From Scyliorhinus canicula (lineage: Eukaryota): a stretch of 64,000 nucleotides of DNA. Positions 11,260 to 26,200 of this stretch are shown here, in pieces; within the stretch, counting starts at the first letter, position 1; each line of letters opens with the position of its first letter. Location: the NCBI RefSeq assembly GCF_902713615.1, contig NC_052147.1, positions 202,089,140-202,153,139 on the forward strand, given 5' to 3'. A program made the position numbers and the translations under genes. The notes under the pieces are model-generated. The model saw nothing but the letters and a program-made list of their open reading frames with translations, searched no databases and was not told the DNA's origin.

Positions 11260-14200
11260 GTAAGTAGAAAAATCTTGCCATCTGATATAAGTACAATTAG
11301 TGCCTGATTCAATTAAGTTAAATTTTCTATACTGTGCATTTAATATGGTTGTGAAGTTTTTTTAATAATGGGATTCCACTTGTGAAATCAAAAAATATCC
11401 ACAACTGCCTTTTCCCTATATTCATAATGTGTCTGTGACTGACTTAAGGATAGATGTAACAGAGGAAAAGTGTATTTTATCAAAAACGGGAAGGCAAATG
11501 AGAAGTAACCACCCATAAGGTTAAAAGGAGGAGGAGGAGGCAAAAGTAAGTGGCACAGTCTGGAATTGTCCAGTAAGTATACAGTCCTTGATACCTATGC
11601 TGAAGACATGGACTGAGGGACAAGAGAGGGTTATCAAGAGCAACAACATGGTATTTCAATTCATTGGGTGGTATCTTCTGCCTATCCCCATGGTGACTGG
11701 AGAGCATTTAATGAGTGAGGAGAGTGGCTTGTGGGGACCCCCGTTAAACCCATGGTGGGATGGCCTGTGTACAGCCTTCCTGCCTCACCACCATTTGAGG
11801 TACTAAAGTGGGCAACAAATTCCCACTTAAGGGTCTCGTCCTGCTGCTGCTGTACTAACCCAGCAGCAGGCCAGGGGTTCACCATGTTGGGAGCGCAACA
11901 AGCAAACTGGCATATTTGCTTCCTGGTTGACGGGAGACAAGCTTCCTTGCTTCAAAGCACTCGGTGCCTGATTGAGGAACCCAGTGTCAGGAAGGTGAGG
12001 GGTGGGGGAATGACTGCCCTTGCTGCTGACTCCAACCAAGCAACCCCCTTCACTCACCTGCCTGAGTCTCTCCTTGACCTAATGTCTTGGGTCAGTGTCA
12101 TAATAGCAGCAGCCACCACCACCTCCCTGGGAGTGTTGTTGAGTACAGAAGAGCCGGTGAATCAGTCCTTAAACTAAGGTGAAGCCCATTGCTATTCAGC
12201 TAAGTGCCTGAGTAGCAAACATTCGGCAGGCTATCCTGAAAAGAGGGGATGCAGGGTTCCCTCTGGCTCTTTGGCCGGCAACAGAAACTCCTGTCGCTTC
12301 CACATACGGTTATTCAAAAGAGCATAAAATATGAGATATAGCAGCAGCTGTAAATTCTATAATGAAGGAGACAAACATTTTGGAAAGAGTTGTACCAGGC
12401 AAAGAGAGGTAGGTTTCTGTGCCTTTGGGAAATCAAATCCAATTATCGTGAAGTCAGCTAGGCATTGCAACATCATTCCGCCTTCTTTCAGGATTCATTC
12501 CAAAGATGTGCGGGTTAGGTGGATTGGCCATGCTAAATTGCCCGTAGTGTCCTAATAAAAAGTAAGGTTAAGGGGGGGGGTTGTTGGGTTACGGGTATAG
12601 GGTGGATACGTGGGTTTGAGTAGGGTGATCATGGCTCGGCACAACATTGAGGGCCGAAGGGCCTGTTCTGTGCTGTACTGTTCTATGTTCTATGTTCTAT
12701 TGGGGCGGGATTGAAGGCCAGGAGAAATTCCCCATCTGGTCTGTCGGGAAACCAACTTAAGAACTGTTTTAATGCTCCATTCTGGATTTAATAGCCTAAT
12801 TCTGCTCCTCTGTCTTATGATCAGTGGTTATGGGGAGAAGGCAGGAGAATGAGGATGAGAAAAATATCAGCCATGATCGAATGGCGGAGCAGACTCGATG
12901 GGCCGAGTGGCCTAATTCTGCTCCTAGGTCTCATGGCTCCTGTTTCCTTAGCCGTTCAATTCGCCAGGTACAGCGAGGAGAAAGCACAACAGGAATAGCT
13001 TCAGCTTCTTCAATGAAACTGGCAAGTTTGTATGGCTTTTATCAGTGAAACTGAAGAACCCTCAGCCATGGCCAGGGGAGCCACTGCTGTTCAAAGCATT
13101 TCTTCTCTCCCAGAATACTTTCCCTACATGACACATAGAACAGTACAGCACAGAACAGGCCCTTCGGCCCTCGATGTTGTGCCGAGCAATGATCACCCTA
13201 CTCAAACCCACGTATCCACCCTATACCCATAACCCCCCCTACTTTTTAGGACACTACGGGCAATTTAGCATGGCCAATCCACCTAACCGGCATATCTTTG
13301 GACTGTGGGAGGAAACCGGAGCACCCGGAGGAAACCCACGCACACACGGGGAGGACGTGCAGACTCCGCACAGACAGTGACCCAGCCGGGAATCGAACCT
13401 GGGACCCTGGAGCTGTGAAGCATTTGTGCTAACCACCATGCTACCGTGCTGCCCATACATGCTACCGTGCTGCCCATACATGCTACCGTGCTGCCCATAA
13501 TGCTAACCACATGCTAACCACTTTTCGGAAGGTACTTCATCTGTCTAACTGCTGCACATCCCGGCTGAGCAGGCAGTAATTGATAAGGTGCTTGTCACTT
13601 CAGGGTCACTATTTGGCACTTGACAGTGTTATGCCACACACCTTACCTGTCCTTGAGATCCTGAATTATCTTGATGCACTCTCCCCAAGTTGGAGAGACT
13701 GCAGTTCGGCTACTTGGGGAGCCCATAGTTGGGAAGTTATAATAATAATAATCTTTATTGTCACAACTAGGCTTACATTAACAGTGCAATGAAGTTGCTG
13801 TGAAACGCCCCTAGTCGCCTGTTTGGGTACACAGAGGGAGAATTTAGAATGTCTAAATTACCTAACAGCACGTCTTTCGGGAGTAGTTGGAGGAAACCCA
13901 CGCAGATACTAGGAGAACGTGCAAACTCCACACAGTGACCCAAGCCGGGAATTGAACCTGGGACCTGGAGCTGTGAAGCAACAGTGCTACCCACTGTGCT
14001 ACCGTGCTACCTTAGTTAATGCCGTGGCTTTGCTAAAGGGCACCCATTAGTTAAACGGGTTCCTTACGTACAATTGGGCTGGCATTTCAGCAGGGAATAA
14101 GTGCAGAAAAATGTCACCCTTTGTTTTGCAGCCATGACTGGGAGTCCTGAATGGGATGTTACAGGACTCCAGAGAGAATTGAAAATGTTACCAAATATGA

Positions 14201-17200
14201 CCAGAGGTAGTGGTTCATGTAGCTATCAGTGTAGTGGGAAAGAGTAATATCACCGTTTTGTAGAGTTTGAGAGATGGATTATATATTGATGTATAAGACT
14301 TTGAGGATAGTTAAAATAGATAAACATGAAATAGGAGACATATTTAGATGGATTGGACAGTGGCTAAACCAGAGAAAGGAAATGATTGTTAATGGAACTT
14401 CGGGTACATAAAGGGGTCAGTGATGCCAGGTTGTCACAGGTTAGTGCTAAGTGATTGTTTTTAAAGCATATGTAAATTATTTTGGAACTGGGGGCAGAAA
14501 TAAAGATGCATACGTTTATAGCAAACATAAATGAGAGGAAAATGCAAAATATAAAGGGATCTGGGTAAGTTGGAAAGGTAGGTTAATGAGTGGTAAATGC
14601 CATTTAATGTGTACAAGTGCATGATAATAAAGATTTGGAAGATAATCTAATGGCTCTAGGTTATTGTATTTACATATGTATTATTGAATTCCATAGTAAT
14701 TCAGTCTTTGTGAAGCATGTGGACAAGTTTGAAATATGCAAATAGTATAACAAATATAAATTACAAAATATAAATGATCTTTCGTCTCTCATTTATGCTA
14801 TCACATTAAATCTATTTTCCGTGTCCCTGTTCTGTGTGTGCTCTTTTTAAATATGTATCTTATTCCAACCAATGCAACAAAAATTCACAAATAAAAAACA
14901 CTCAAGTATCTTACAAACAGTTTGTCATTTTCTTTTTACAAACTAACTATTATTGTCCCCCCACCCCCGCACCCACCCATAATCGGTTCCCCACTAATTG
15001 CTGGTCACAAACAGATCTTTAAAGAAAGCAACGAACAGCTTCCACTCTGAGTAAAACCCTTCCAGTCCCCTAATGCCATATTTAAACTTTTCCAGTTGCA
15101 GAAATTGTGCCAACCATGCCGAGGCCCTAGATGGCACCGCCGACCTCCATCCAAGGAGGACTTGCCGCCAGACAATCAGAGAAGCAAGGGCCAAGGTGTC
15201 AACCCTCTTCCTCCCCCTAGCAGCTCTGGCAAGTCCGACAGCACAAACATCGCCACCAGTTGGCATGGTTCCAACCTAACCACCATAATCACTGACATGG
15301 GGCGGGATTTTTCCATTCGGCGGCAGAGTGTCCATGCCGTCGGAAACGCTGTCGTGTTTCACGACGGCGTGAACGGGCCGCTGGGAGTACCGCTTCTGGC
15401 CTCTACAGGGGGCCAGCTCGGCATTGGAGTGGTTCATGCCGCTCCAGCCTCCTATCCCGGCGGGAGCTGTGTGCTGCGGGTCCAGCGCATGCGCAGTGGC
15501 GCCGTCGCCAACCCGCGCATGCGCGGTGGCCTTCCTCAACCTGCCGGCCCCGACACAACATGGCGCAGGAGTTCAGGGGCCGGTGCGTAAGAAAATAGGC
15601 CCGGAGAGCGAGAGGCCGGCCTGCCAATCGGTAGACCCCGATCGTGGGCCAGGCTCCATCGGAGGCACCCCCGGGGTTGGAGCCCCCCATTCTACCCCCC
15701 CCCCCCCCCACACACACACACAGACCACCCCCGACCCTGCGCGACCAGGTGTGGACGACGGCGGGACTCAGCCTTTTTAGAGCAGCCGCTCGGCCCATCC
15801 GGGACGGAGAATTGGTGGCCCGGCGGCGTACAATCACCCACGACCGGCGTCGTGCCAAACGTGCCGGCGCTGATTCTCCGCGGTGCCAACGACGGGGTGG
15901 CGTGGCCCGGATACGGGGTTTCTCCGGCCCGGCCCTGGGTTGGGAGAATCCCGCCCCGGTATCAAAGAACAAAACCAATTTTGGCCAGGACCAGAACATG
16001 TGCGAGTTGTTCGCTGGCACCCCCTAAATACCACTCACACCGGGAAGAACTCACTCGTGCGCTCGAGTCATGATTACTTTAAATTGTATCAAGCTCAGCC
16101 TGACGAAAGAGGAAGTAGATTTTACCCTGCACAAAACCTCACTCCAGGCCCCTCCCTCCAGCCCCAAGCCCAATCCCACCCCACTTCCCCATACTATCTT
16201 CTAAAATTATAAAAAATAAATTTAAAATATCCAATTTTTTTTTCCCCAACTAAGGCGCAATTTACGTTGGCCAATTCACCTAGCTTGCACATCTTTGGGC
16301 TTTGGGGTGAGACCCATGCAGACATGGGGAGAATCTGCAAACTCCACACGGACAGTGACCTGGGGCCGGGATCGAATCCGGGCTCTCAGCACCATGAGGT
16401 AGCAGTGCTAACCCCTTTATCACTTCAAATGCAGCCTTCCCCGTCTCCAGCAACCGCACATACATGTCCAATTCATCAAAAGACAACATTCTATCTATCA
16501 GTTTAGTCTAGGCAACTGGGGGAACAAAGAGATCTTTGCGAACAAAGTCCCGCACCTGCATATACCTAAACTCGCTCCTGCTCGGGAGTTAGTGGGTGGG
16601 TTTCTCCAATCCCGTGGCAGAGTGTCCACGGTAAACGCCGTCGCGTTTTACGACGGCGTGAACGAGCCGCTCCCAGGATTGATTCTGGCCCCTTCAGGGC
16701 CCTACCAGTTGCTGATCCCGTTGCGAACTGTGCGCCGCGGGATCCGTGCATGCGCTGGCGCCAACGAAGACGTGCAATGGCACCAGCACCAACCGCCCTT
16801 GCGCAGTGGCCTCCTTCAACGCACTGGCCCCAATGTAACATGGCACAGGACTACAGGGGCTGGCGCGTGGGAAAGGAGGCCCCCAACCAGAGAGGCCAGC
16901 CCACTGATTGGTGGGCCAGGCCACATCGGAGCCCCCCCCCCCCCCCCCCCCCAGGTGTCCCTCCGGCCCAGAGCAGGTTAGAATGGTACCAGCGGGACTC
17001 GGCTCTTTTCTTACGGCCACTCGGCCAATGTGGTCCAGCCACGTAGAGCATGGCGCGATTTGCGTGGCCCGCCGCCGATTCTCCGACCCAGCGCGGGGTC
17101 GGAGAATCCCGCCCAGTATTTTTCCTTCAACTCATCCAGTCCCACGAACCTGTCCTTCACAAACCGATCCCTGATCCTCTCGACCCCTCCCTCTTCCAAA

Positions 17201-20200
17201 TCCTATACATTGCATCTGTCCCAGACGGTGCAAACCTATGGTTTCTGCAGATTGGCAACAGTGCTGACATGCCCCATAATCTAAAATGTTGCCTGGATTG
17301 AGTCCAGATTTTAAAGATGCCATCAGTACTTGGTTTATTGTGAATTTGGCCAGAGAAAATGGGAGAGAGGCAGTAACCAATGGACTTAAACTCTACCCCA
17401 ATCTAGCGCCGGCATCTCCACATCATGGATACCTCTCCATTCATTCAACGACCTAAGTGCGATAGCCAAGGGTTCAGTTACTAGCGCGAACAACAATGGA
17501 CATCCCTGTCTCATGCCCCTGTACAGATGGAAATACCCTAAGCTCACCGTGTTAGTCCGGACGCTGTCAATGGGAGCATTACATAACAGCCTCACCCAGG
17601 AGATAAATGTTGGCCCAAATCCAAACCATCCCAGAACCTTGACGAGGTACCTCCATTCCACCCAATCAAAACTTTCTCTTCATCCATGGAGATGATTACT
17701 TCAGACACCTTCCCCTTAGATGGGGACAGAGGCCTCTACTATTTTCTCCTCTTCAGAGGCTCGAGTACCTTCTGAATCCGATGAGGATCCCTTACCCGAC
17801 CTCTACCTTGTGTTGTATTCACCAGACATCACTCGAAAGAAGGGAACTTATTCTAGTATACGGCACCAATTCCTTCCCCAAAAATACCTGTTAACAAGGC
17901 AGAAAAATACCAAATCCCCAGGCGAGAGTCACTGCATGTGCGACTGTTCACCTCATATCTGCCACCGGAGGTCATGTGTCCCAATCTCAACTACTAGTTC
18001 ACACACACACCTGCACGCATTTACTTGTTCACTGCTCCTTTTCACTTTTTAGTTGGATCTTTCTCACTACCCATTATTGTTATCTATTTTTTTCAGTTGT
18101 GTTCACTCGTTCTGAATCATGTTTGTTCTTATCTCACAAAATCACACGTGCATTTTGGGCCTCTCTTCCTTTCTTATGAACTCCGTGCTCTTTCACTTGT
18201 TCCCCTTTTCCCTTCATTCATTGCACGTCTTTCCCATTGCTCACTCCTGTGTTCTTGTTCTTTCTTCTCCAACCGTTGCATATTCTCTGTTTCCATGCCA
18301 CAGTGTTGGGTGATTAACTTCTTAGTCTAGATTTAACAGTTCACTGAAATTCAAGTTGGGAATTTGAAAATTGTCATCAAACTTCTCAAAAGGGCAATAT
18401 GATTAATGATTTATGTTTCATTTAACTTTAATGATACATCTGTGTTTTAAAATTCATAGATTGGTCCTTCCTCTCATCAGCCGTGAGATGGTGGAATTAC
18501 TAGATAATGGCAGTACAGAGGCTAACTACACCAGTCTCTCGAACTATGCATTTTTATATGGCGTTTTCCCAACAGCACCAAGCGTAGCTATATATGCAAG
18601 TCAGTACAATATGGAAATTGAAATTGTAAGTATGTAGAGGATCACTCTCATTTTAAATTACAGAAAGGAACGTTTTTTACAAAGCAAGGATATATTAAGG
18701 ATGCAATATATTTTTTAAAGTGGGTATTTAAGAGTTTGCACTCTTTTTTGAATTACATTTTCAGTCTTCATATGACTCTCGCGTACTAAGTAACTTAAGC
18801 CTCAGTAAAATTTAGAATGGATACTGCTGGATAAGCTTATAATGCACTTTCCAACCAAAACCATGATGTTTCTTTTCTGTGGAATTACTGACTTTTGAGG
18901 ACTGACGACAGTATGTAAAGGAAACGCTCATTTAGCCAATCATGAGTCAGTGATATAGCATGCATTTTTCTTCAGTTTCTACATCACAATTTATGACTAA
19001 CATGGATATGAAATTATTTTTGTAGGTGACATCCGGGATGGTGATAAATACGTTTGTATCTGCTCCCATTATGTATTTGTCCGCATGGCTTTTGACAATT
19101 CCATCGATGCACACACATGTGTTGCAATCTGAAATTCGAAACATCAGCTTTGACATAAGCATAGTCACCCTCATTTTTCTGGTTAGTATGTAGCTTCTGT
19201 AAAAACATTCCTTTCTAATGTTTCACATCTGCTGAAGCATACTATCACTGCTCTTGAAAAGTTATTTGTTGTTGGCAGTACAGTTATTGTTAGTTTATAA
19301 TCTATGTGGTTGGTTTACATTTTGAGGTGTTGGTTGACTTGCAGTTTAAATTGCTGCTAAATTTTATTTAATTAAAATCTCAATAGTTCACTCAAAATTA
19401 TCTTTTTGGATAATGATGCTTCCAAACTCCAGCAACACCAGTGCAATCCTGTCAAACTTCAGAACTCTCCACCCTGGTTCTGACAAAGACCAGGATCATC
19501 CCCAGTTATAGCAATACCCCAGACTGTCCTTTAGTGCAGCTTAGTCATATTCATCTTAACGACCAGACATTTATCTCGAGTTGCTAAATGCTAGGTATTG
19601 ACTTCCAATGGTATAAGTATACTTTCATTGTTATAAAACCGTGATCTGCACGTTAATGATATGGACACACATACATAATATATGTAGTGTTATTCAGATA
19701 CCAATATACATGATCAATATATGTAAATGTGGTACAATCATTTCAACACTAGATGGCTCACAGTCAAATACTAGAAGAACTGGGGCGGGATTCCCCCCCC
19801 CCCCCCCCCCCCCCCCCCCTCGGCCGGGTGGGAGAATCACTGGGGCGCCACGTGAATCGCGCCACCCTGCCCCGACCCCCGCACGCGATTCTCCCACCCA
19901 CCCCCGAAACCAGTGCCGCGTGAATCACGCCGGGCCGCTCGGAGAATCGCCTCTCGCAGCAATTCTCTAGCGGCCGTGCGTAAACGGCCTAGTCCCGCTG
20001 GCGCCGTCCACACCTGGTCGCTGCCAGCGGGTACTCGTTGCGAAGGCTTGGGGGGGGGTGGCCTGTGGGGAAGGGGGGGCTCCGTTCCCAGGGGAGTCTC
20101 CGATGGGGTCTGGCCCGCGATCGGGGATCACCGATCAGTGGGCCGGCCTCTCTCCCCCCGGCCTACTTCCTTGCGCGACCGGCCCCAGAACCCGGCGCCA

Positions 20201-23200
20201 TGTTGGTGAGGGGCCGGAGCGCTCCGCGAGGTTACCGCACTTGCGCGGTTGGCACCGGTGCCACTGCGCATGTCATCGTTGGTGCCGGCGCAACTGCGCA
20301 TGCGCTGATCCTGCAGCGCCCAGTTCGCGCCGGGATCTGCGGCTGGAGTGTCGCAAACCACTCTAGCGCCGTGCTGAATTCGACGTGGGAGTGGCCTGTT
20401 CACGCCGTCGTAAAACGCGAAGGCGTTTGTGACAGGGTGGGCACTCTGCCTCCATTTCGGAGAATCCCGCCCCTGGTTTCCCGCCTTTTCTAAGTCAGAT
20501 GAAATGATGATGTGGTTCAGAACAGTGTACAAGCAAGACATAGAATAGCTAGAGTGAGAGAAGTTAGAACTAGTTTGTTGTAATAGTGTATAGTTATATA
20601 GTTATCTGTATTGTACTTTAATTCTTTATTGTTAGTTTAGTATTGAGTAAAAGGACTCACAGTTTATTATTTTATTACTTATTAAATAGTTCATCTTTCA
20701 ACAAGAAGACTATTGGTTATTTTATCGTCCTGGTGGATTCAAGAGTAATATTTATATTTTAGATAAGTCATTATTTAAAATATAACTATATATACAAAAA
20801 TATCTCTGTGCACTTCACGGTAGCATGGTGGTTAGCATCAATGCTTCACAGCTCCAGGGTCCCAGGTTCGATTCCCGGCTGGGTCACTGTCTGTGTGGAG
20901 TCTGCACGTCCTCCCCGTGTGTGCGTGGGTTTCCTCCGGGTGCTCCGGTTTCCTCCCACAGTCCAAAGATGTGCGGGTTAGGTGGATTGGCCATGATAAA
21001 TTGCCCGTAGTGTAAGGTTAATGGGGGGATTGTTGGGTTACGGGTATACGGGTTACATGGGTTTAAGTAGGGTGATCATTGCTCGGCACAACATCGAGGG
21101 TCGAAGGGCCTGTTCTGTGCTGTACTGTTCTAAATTCTAAATTAGCTGTAACATTATAAATTCCACAATTTGTCATGTAACTTCTCACACCCTGATCCAA
21201 TATCTTGCACATTGTAACCCTTCTTCAGCTGATGACTACATTCAACTTTGACTCTGTGCAGCGATACGGGCAAGTAACTATATAGAATTAGATAGAACCA
21301 CAGTATAGTGACATTGAAGGATTAAGGAAAATTGACACTCTCAAAATTCAATTGTTAATATTTTAAAACAATGGGTGGGATTCTCCCAAGCCCCCGCCGG
21401 CGTATTTGGTGGTTGGCACAGTGGGAGAATATGACAAGAGGGCCAGAAATCAGTTTCATGCCAGTGTGAATTTACAGCAGGATCCTCCGCTGGTGTCCGC
21501 CATGGTGGCTTGGAAAACCCATCAGAGGATGGCATAAACCTCATTGGCATCCTATTAATGGAAGCAGATAAAGGTCCGACCCCCCCACACCAGATTCTCC
21601 ATGATGTCGCCAGAAAACACGCTGGCCTCCAGAGTTCAGGTTGGAGGCTGCCTGCACCTCTGGAACACCCACAGTAATAGTGGGTTGGAGTGCATCTGCA
21701 GGTGGATCGATGTCCTGGAGGGGGTCTTTGTTAAACAAAGATATTAAGGGCCAAAGGCAGGTGTATGAAGTTAGACACAGGTCAGCCATGATCTCATTGC
21801 ATAGCGGGACAGGGTCGAGGGGCTGAGTTGGCTACTCCTGTTTCTATGTCCATCAGCTGAATAGGCTACTCCTGTTTCTATGTCCAGCTGCCAGCTTCAG
21901 AATATTCCTGGAGATCCATCATCATTTTCAGAAGGTCCACCTATTTTCTTCAATGGTGGGCCAGTGATGTTGGGCGCCTTTTCAATATGACACCCGGGCA
22001 CAATGGCGGACTATAATAATAATAATAATAATAATATGTGCCAGCCAGGCCTGTCCCGCCACTGTATATAGCATGAAACAACCAGGTTCATAATTAATGA
22101 GGTTGGGGACAGAAGATTAAGCGTGTTTTCCCACTGGCCAGCTCAGCGGGAAACACTCCACATTCCAGCCCCTGCCACAGTACTTAGTCTCAAATTGGGA
22201 GAATTCTGCACTGTAAATTCTATTCTATGGTAATTCTGCCCAGTGAGTATGCTTGCTCATTACATCCTAATCTACTTCAGCATTACCTTCAACAGAACAA
22301 ACACACCCATTTGGGTGACCATCTGATCTATATAATTTTAAAAATATCAATAAGCCTGAAGTAACTGTTTCCAGCTTATATTGAAATAAATTTAATATTC
22401 TGTGCATAGGCACATGAATTATACAATCAAAATGGGAACCTTTGTGGCACATATGTATCTGGTTCTTTGTTTCAATTTATTGTATGGACTGTGTAATCTG
22501 TATTGCAACAGTTTGTTGTTTTTACTTAACAATCAAGACAGCCACTATTTTTTTTCTGTGGGCTCCGAGCATTCACCTTCAAATGGATTTCAGTGGTTTC
22601 TGTCCAATTTCAGTGCACAAAATTGCATAAATCTGTACGTTAATATCTCACCCAAAAGATTCCATCAGTACAGCACTGAAGTGTCACCCTAAATTATGTG
22701 CACCAGTGCCTGGAAGCAAGCTTGATCTCACGGCCTTGGAGACGAGAGTGCTACTGTGATGAATGAACCTAAATTTACAGTTGAAATTACAACATAAATC
22801 TACAAAAAGGGTCACTTAATTCAATATAAAATAGCTGGATCAACCCGCTTTACTTCTGCTGTTCCAAGTTCCTAAAAATGATCTGAGTAAGATCCATGAT
22901 TCACAAGGCAGCCTCAGTCTCAATTGACACTGATTTCCAGGCCTACCCTCGCACTGAAAACCATTCCCCTGCCACAACTATTCCTGCAGCTCTTCTTTTG
23001 CCAGCCTTACCCCTCCTCTCCGACAAACGCTGACTAGCTTGACTCCAGCTTGCCTGTCTTCATAGAATTTACAGTGCAGAAGGAGGCCATTCGGCCCATC
23101 GAGTCTGCACCGGCTCCTGGAAAGAGCACCCTACCCAAGGTTAACACCTCCCCCCTATCCCCATAACCCAGTAACCCCACCCAACACTAAGGGCAATTTT

Positions 23201-26200
23201 GGACACTAAGGGCAATTTATCATGGCCAATCCACCTAACCTGCACATCTTTCTGCAAGTCCTGGAAAAGTGCACTTCAGTGCTCAGCCACTTGAAGGAGC
23301 ATTCAAAGGTCATAATCAATATCACAGATCTTCAGTAAAACAAAGTAAACATGCAAGTACAGTTTGAAACCCAGCTGTGCGAATGTTGCACTGAAACTTT
23401 ATTTGCATTGTCCCTGATGCCACTCCTTCCTCACCCGTTTGCATTTACTCATGTATACTCCTCCACCAGTGTTTAGATATGATTACTCTGGTGCTTATTC
23501 TGTGACTGCTAATAATGTATTTATAGAGGTACACGCTCAGTCTGATTCCTTTACCATTATTGTACCCTGTACTCTAAAGTGATAGCCGAGGTTACTCAGA
23601 ACACATACTCAGCAACTGACTAATGCATTCTACCATTCTCCAATTCTCCTGTTCTTTATAAATCTTTAATCTTTAACTTCCCGTGACAAAAGCTATGCGA
23701 TCCATCTGTACTTGAATTAAACTTTAAAAAATGTAATTTATCTGAGATGTCTGAAAGTGCTACAATTGATAGATCTTGAATTGTTACACACTTGAATATT
23801 CTGGGGAGCACGGTAGCACAGTGGTTAGCACAGTTGCTTCACAGCTCCAGGGTCCCAAGTTCGATTCCCGGCTTGGGTCACTGTCTGTGCGGAGTCTGCA
23901 CGTTTTCCCCGTGTCTGCGTGGGTTTCCTCCGGGTGCTCCGGTTTCCTCCCACGGTCCAAAGATGTGCAAGATAGGTGGATTGGCCATGCTAAATTGCCC
24001 TTTGTGTCCAAAAGGGGGGGTGGGGTTGCTGCGTTACGGGGATGGGATGGAGGTATGGGCTTGGGTAGGGTGCTCTTTCCAAGGGCTGGTACAGACTCGA
24101 TGGGCCGAATGGCCTCCTTCTGCACTGTAAATTCTATGATTCTATGATTGACTCAGATTCTTATCAGTAGTTGAGTAGCTAAAGCATCACATTTTTGCCT
24201 GGGTCTATTTAGACCTGGTGGTCTCAAAGAGCTAGACCAAGTTAAGAACACCCCTAACTTAGTAGCAAACCTGTTGAACTTTAACCTGGTGTTGTAAGAC
24301 TTATTACTGTGCCCACCCCAGTTCAATGCCGGCATCTCCACATCATTAGTAGCAAATGACTTTACGCACAGCAGTGCCATTATCTGTATAAACAAAAGAA
24401 CTATGAAAATACAAATACTTTCTATTGTTATCATGGTACTGTCATAAATAAATACAATGCCACGGGTAAGCACTATTATTTATATATTAGTTAATATTAA
24501 CCACTTAAAAGTGCTGATTAAAGAATATTTTTAAAAGCTGATTAGTCGAGATGGATCTCAATTTTAAGTTGAAACCATTTATGTACTTACGCAACTTTGT
24601 TCTTTCATATAGGTTTGGTCTGTGGCTGTTATGCTTCTGAGTAAGAAATTTAAGCAGTTGCCACATTTACTCTCTGTTAATTTGCTGCTTGCCCAGGTAA
24701 GGCCCTTAAATTATTAATTATTAGGGTCAGATTTTGTGGTATAACATATTCATTGAGGAATAATTGGGCTGGTGGGTATTGCACATTTTCTGCAGGTACT
24801 TCAACTTGGGGAAATTTTAGCAGAATGGAGCAAATCCCAATGTCGAGCTAACAAGCTGGTCCCAGACTCTCATTTGCTGACAGCAAAACAGACAGCCTCC
24901 TAATTGACAGCCCACCCCCCCACCCACCACCACTGCAAAGTGACCCTTATGTAAATTGCCCAGCACACAGCCCACCACAGAGAAACGTCCCCAATGGTGT
25001 GACTGCACTGGGAGGCTATCTTGATGCAGCTCCCTGGCATTTTACTGACACCCACCACCCCCTTCCAGCCTGTTGTCCAGGCTGATTTTGGAAGGACAGT
25101 AACTAAGAAAAGGAGGCTCTGTTAATTAGGGATGACATGAGTACAATAACGAGAGATTACCTGGGTTCTAAAGATTAAGATTTAGAGTCTGTTTGGGTAG
25201 AGATGAGATGGGGGCGGCAGTGGTTAGCACCAATGCTTCACACCGCTAGGGTCCCAGGTTTGATTCCCGGCTTGGGTCACCGTCTGTGCAGAGTCTGCAC
25301 ATTCTTCCTGTGTCTGCATGGGTTTCCTGCAGGTGCTCCGGTTTCTTCCCACAGTCCAAAGATGTGCAAGTTAGGTGGATTGGCCATTCTAAATTGCCCT
25401 TAATGTCCAAAATGGTTAAACGGGTGGGCTTAAATAGGGTGCTCTTTCCAAAGGCTGGTGCAGACTCGATTGGTCGAATAGCCTCCTTCTGCATTGTTAA
25501 TTCTATGTCTAAATAGCAATGGAAGAAGTCATTTGTGGGTGTAGTTTATAGGACCCTAATAGGAGCAAAATTGTAGAATGAAGTATACAGGAAGAAATAA
25601 TGGGGCTTTGTAAGAAAGGTACAGGTTGAGCATCCCTTATTTAAAATTCGAAAAGATCTGAAATCTGCACTTTTTTTCAAGTGAATTTAATTATATTACA
25701 ATGAGACAGCATTAATTAATGACTTCATAGTGAAGGAACCTCAAGGCAGCAGTGATCATAACATCATTGGATTTTGCATTCAGTTTGAGGGTGAGAAGAG
25801 CCATTCTAAGACCAGTGTCTTAAACTTAAATAAAAGCAATTACAAATGTGTGAATATAGAACTGACTAAAGTAAACTGGGAAATTAGATTAATGGGTAGG
25901 ACATGAGAGATGTAGTGACAGGCATTAAAGGAGATATTTTATAACACTTATCAAAAATGAAAGAGTCTCGGAAAAGAATGCACCATCCCTGGCTAGCTAA
26001 GGAAGTTAAAATTAGTACCAAATTGAAAGAAAAAGTGCACAATTCTACAGAGTAGTGGTAGGTAATAGGGGAAGAATTTTTTAAAAACAATGATTGAAAC
26101 AAAATGAGGGGGAAATTAGAGCACGAGAGAAAATTAACTAGAAATGTAAAATTAGATTGTAAGAGTTTCTACAATTTTTAAAAAAGGAACAGCATAATTA

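Larger units (their letters stand above)
14845..17973 (-). mobile_element. L1-clade LINE, internally deleted, hosting two MITEs, a SINE and a Penelope fragment
   Basis: [14 protein letters not shown]...[13 protein letters not shown] (17386-17661); ORF2 C-terminus near 14994-15266; L1-like 5' end near 17925-17973. Confidence 0.8.

Noticed and set aside
23776-24147. Recurrent short ORFs such as [20 protein letters not shown] and [18 protein letters not shown]
   Set aside because: These are translations of V-SINE copies, not genes.
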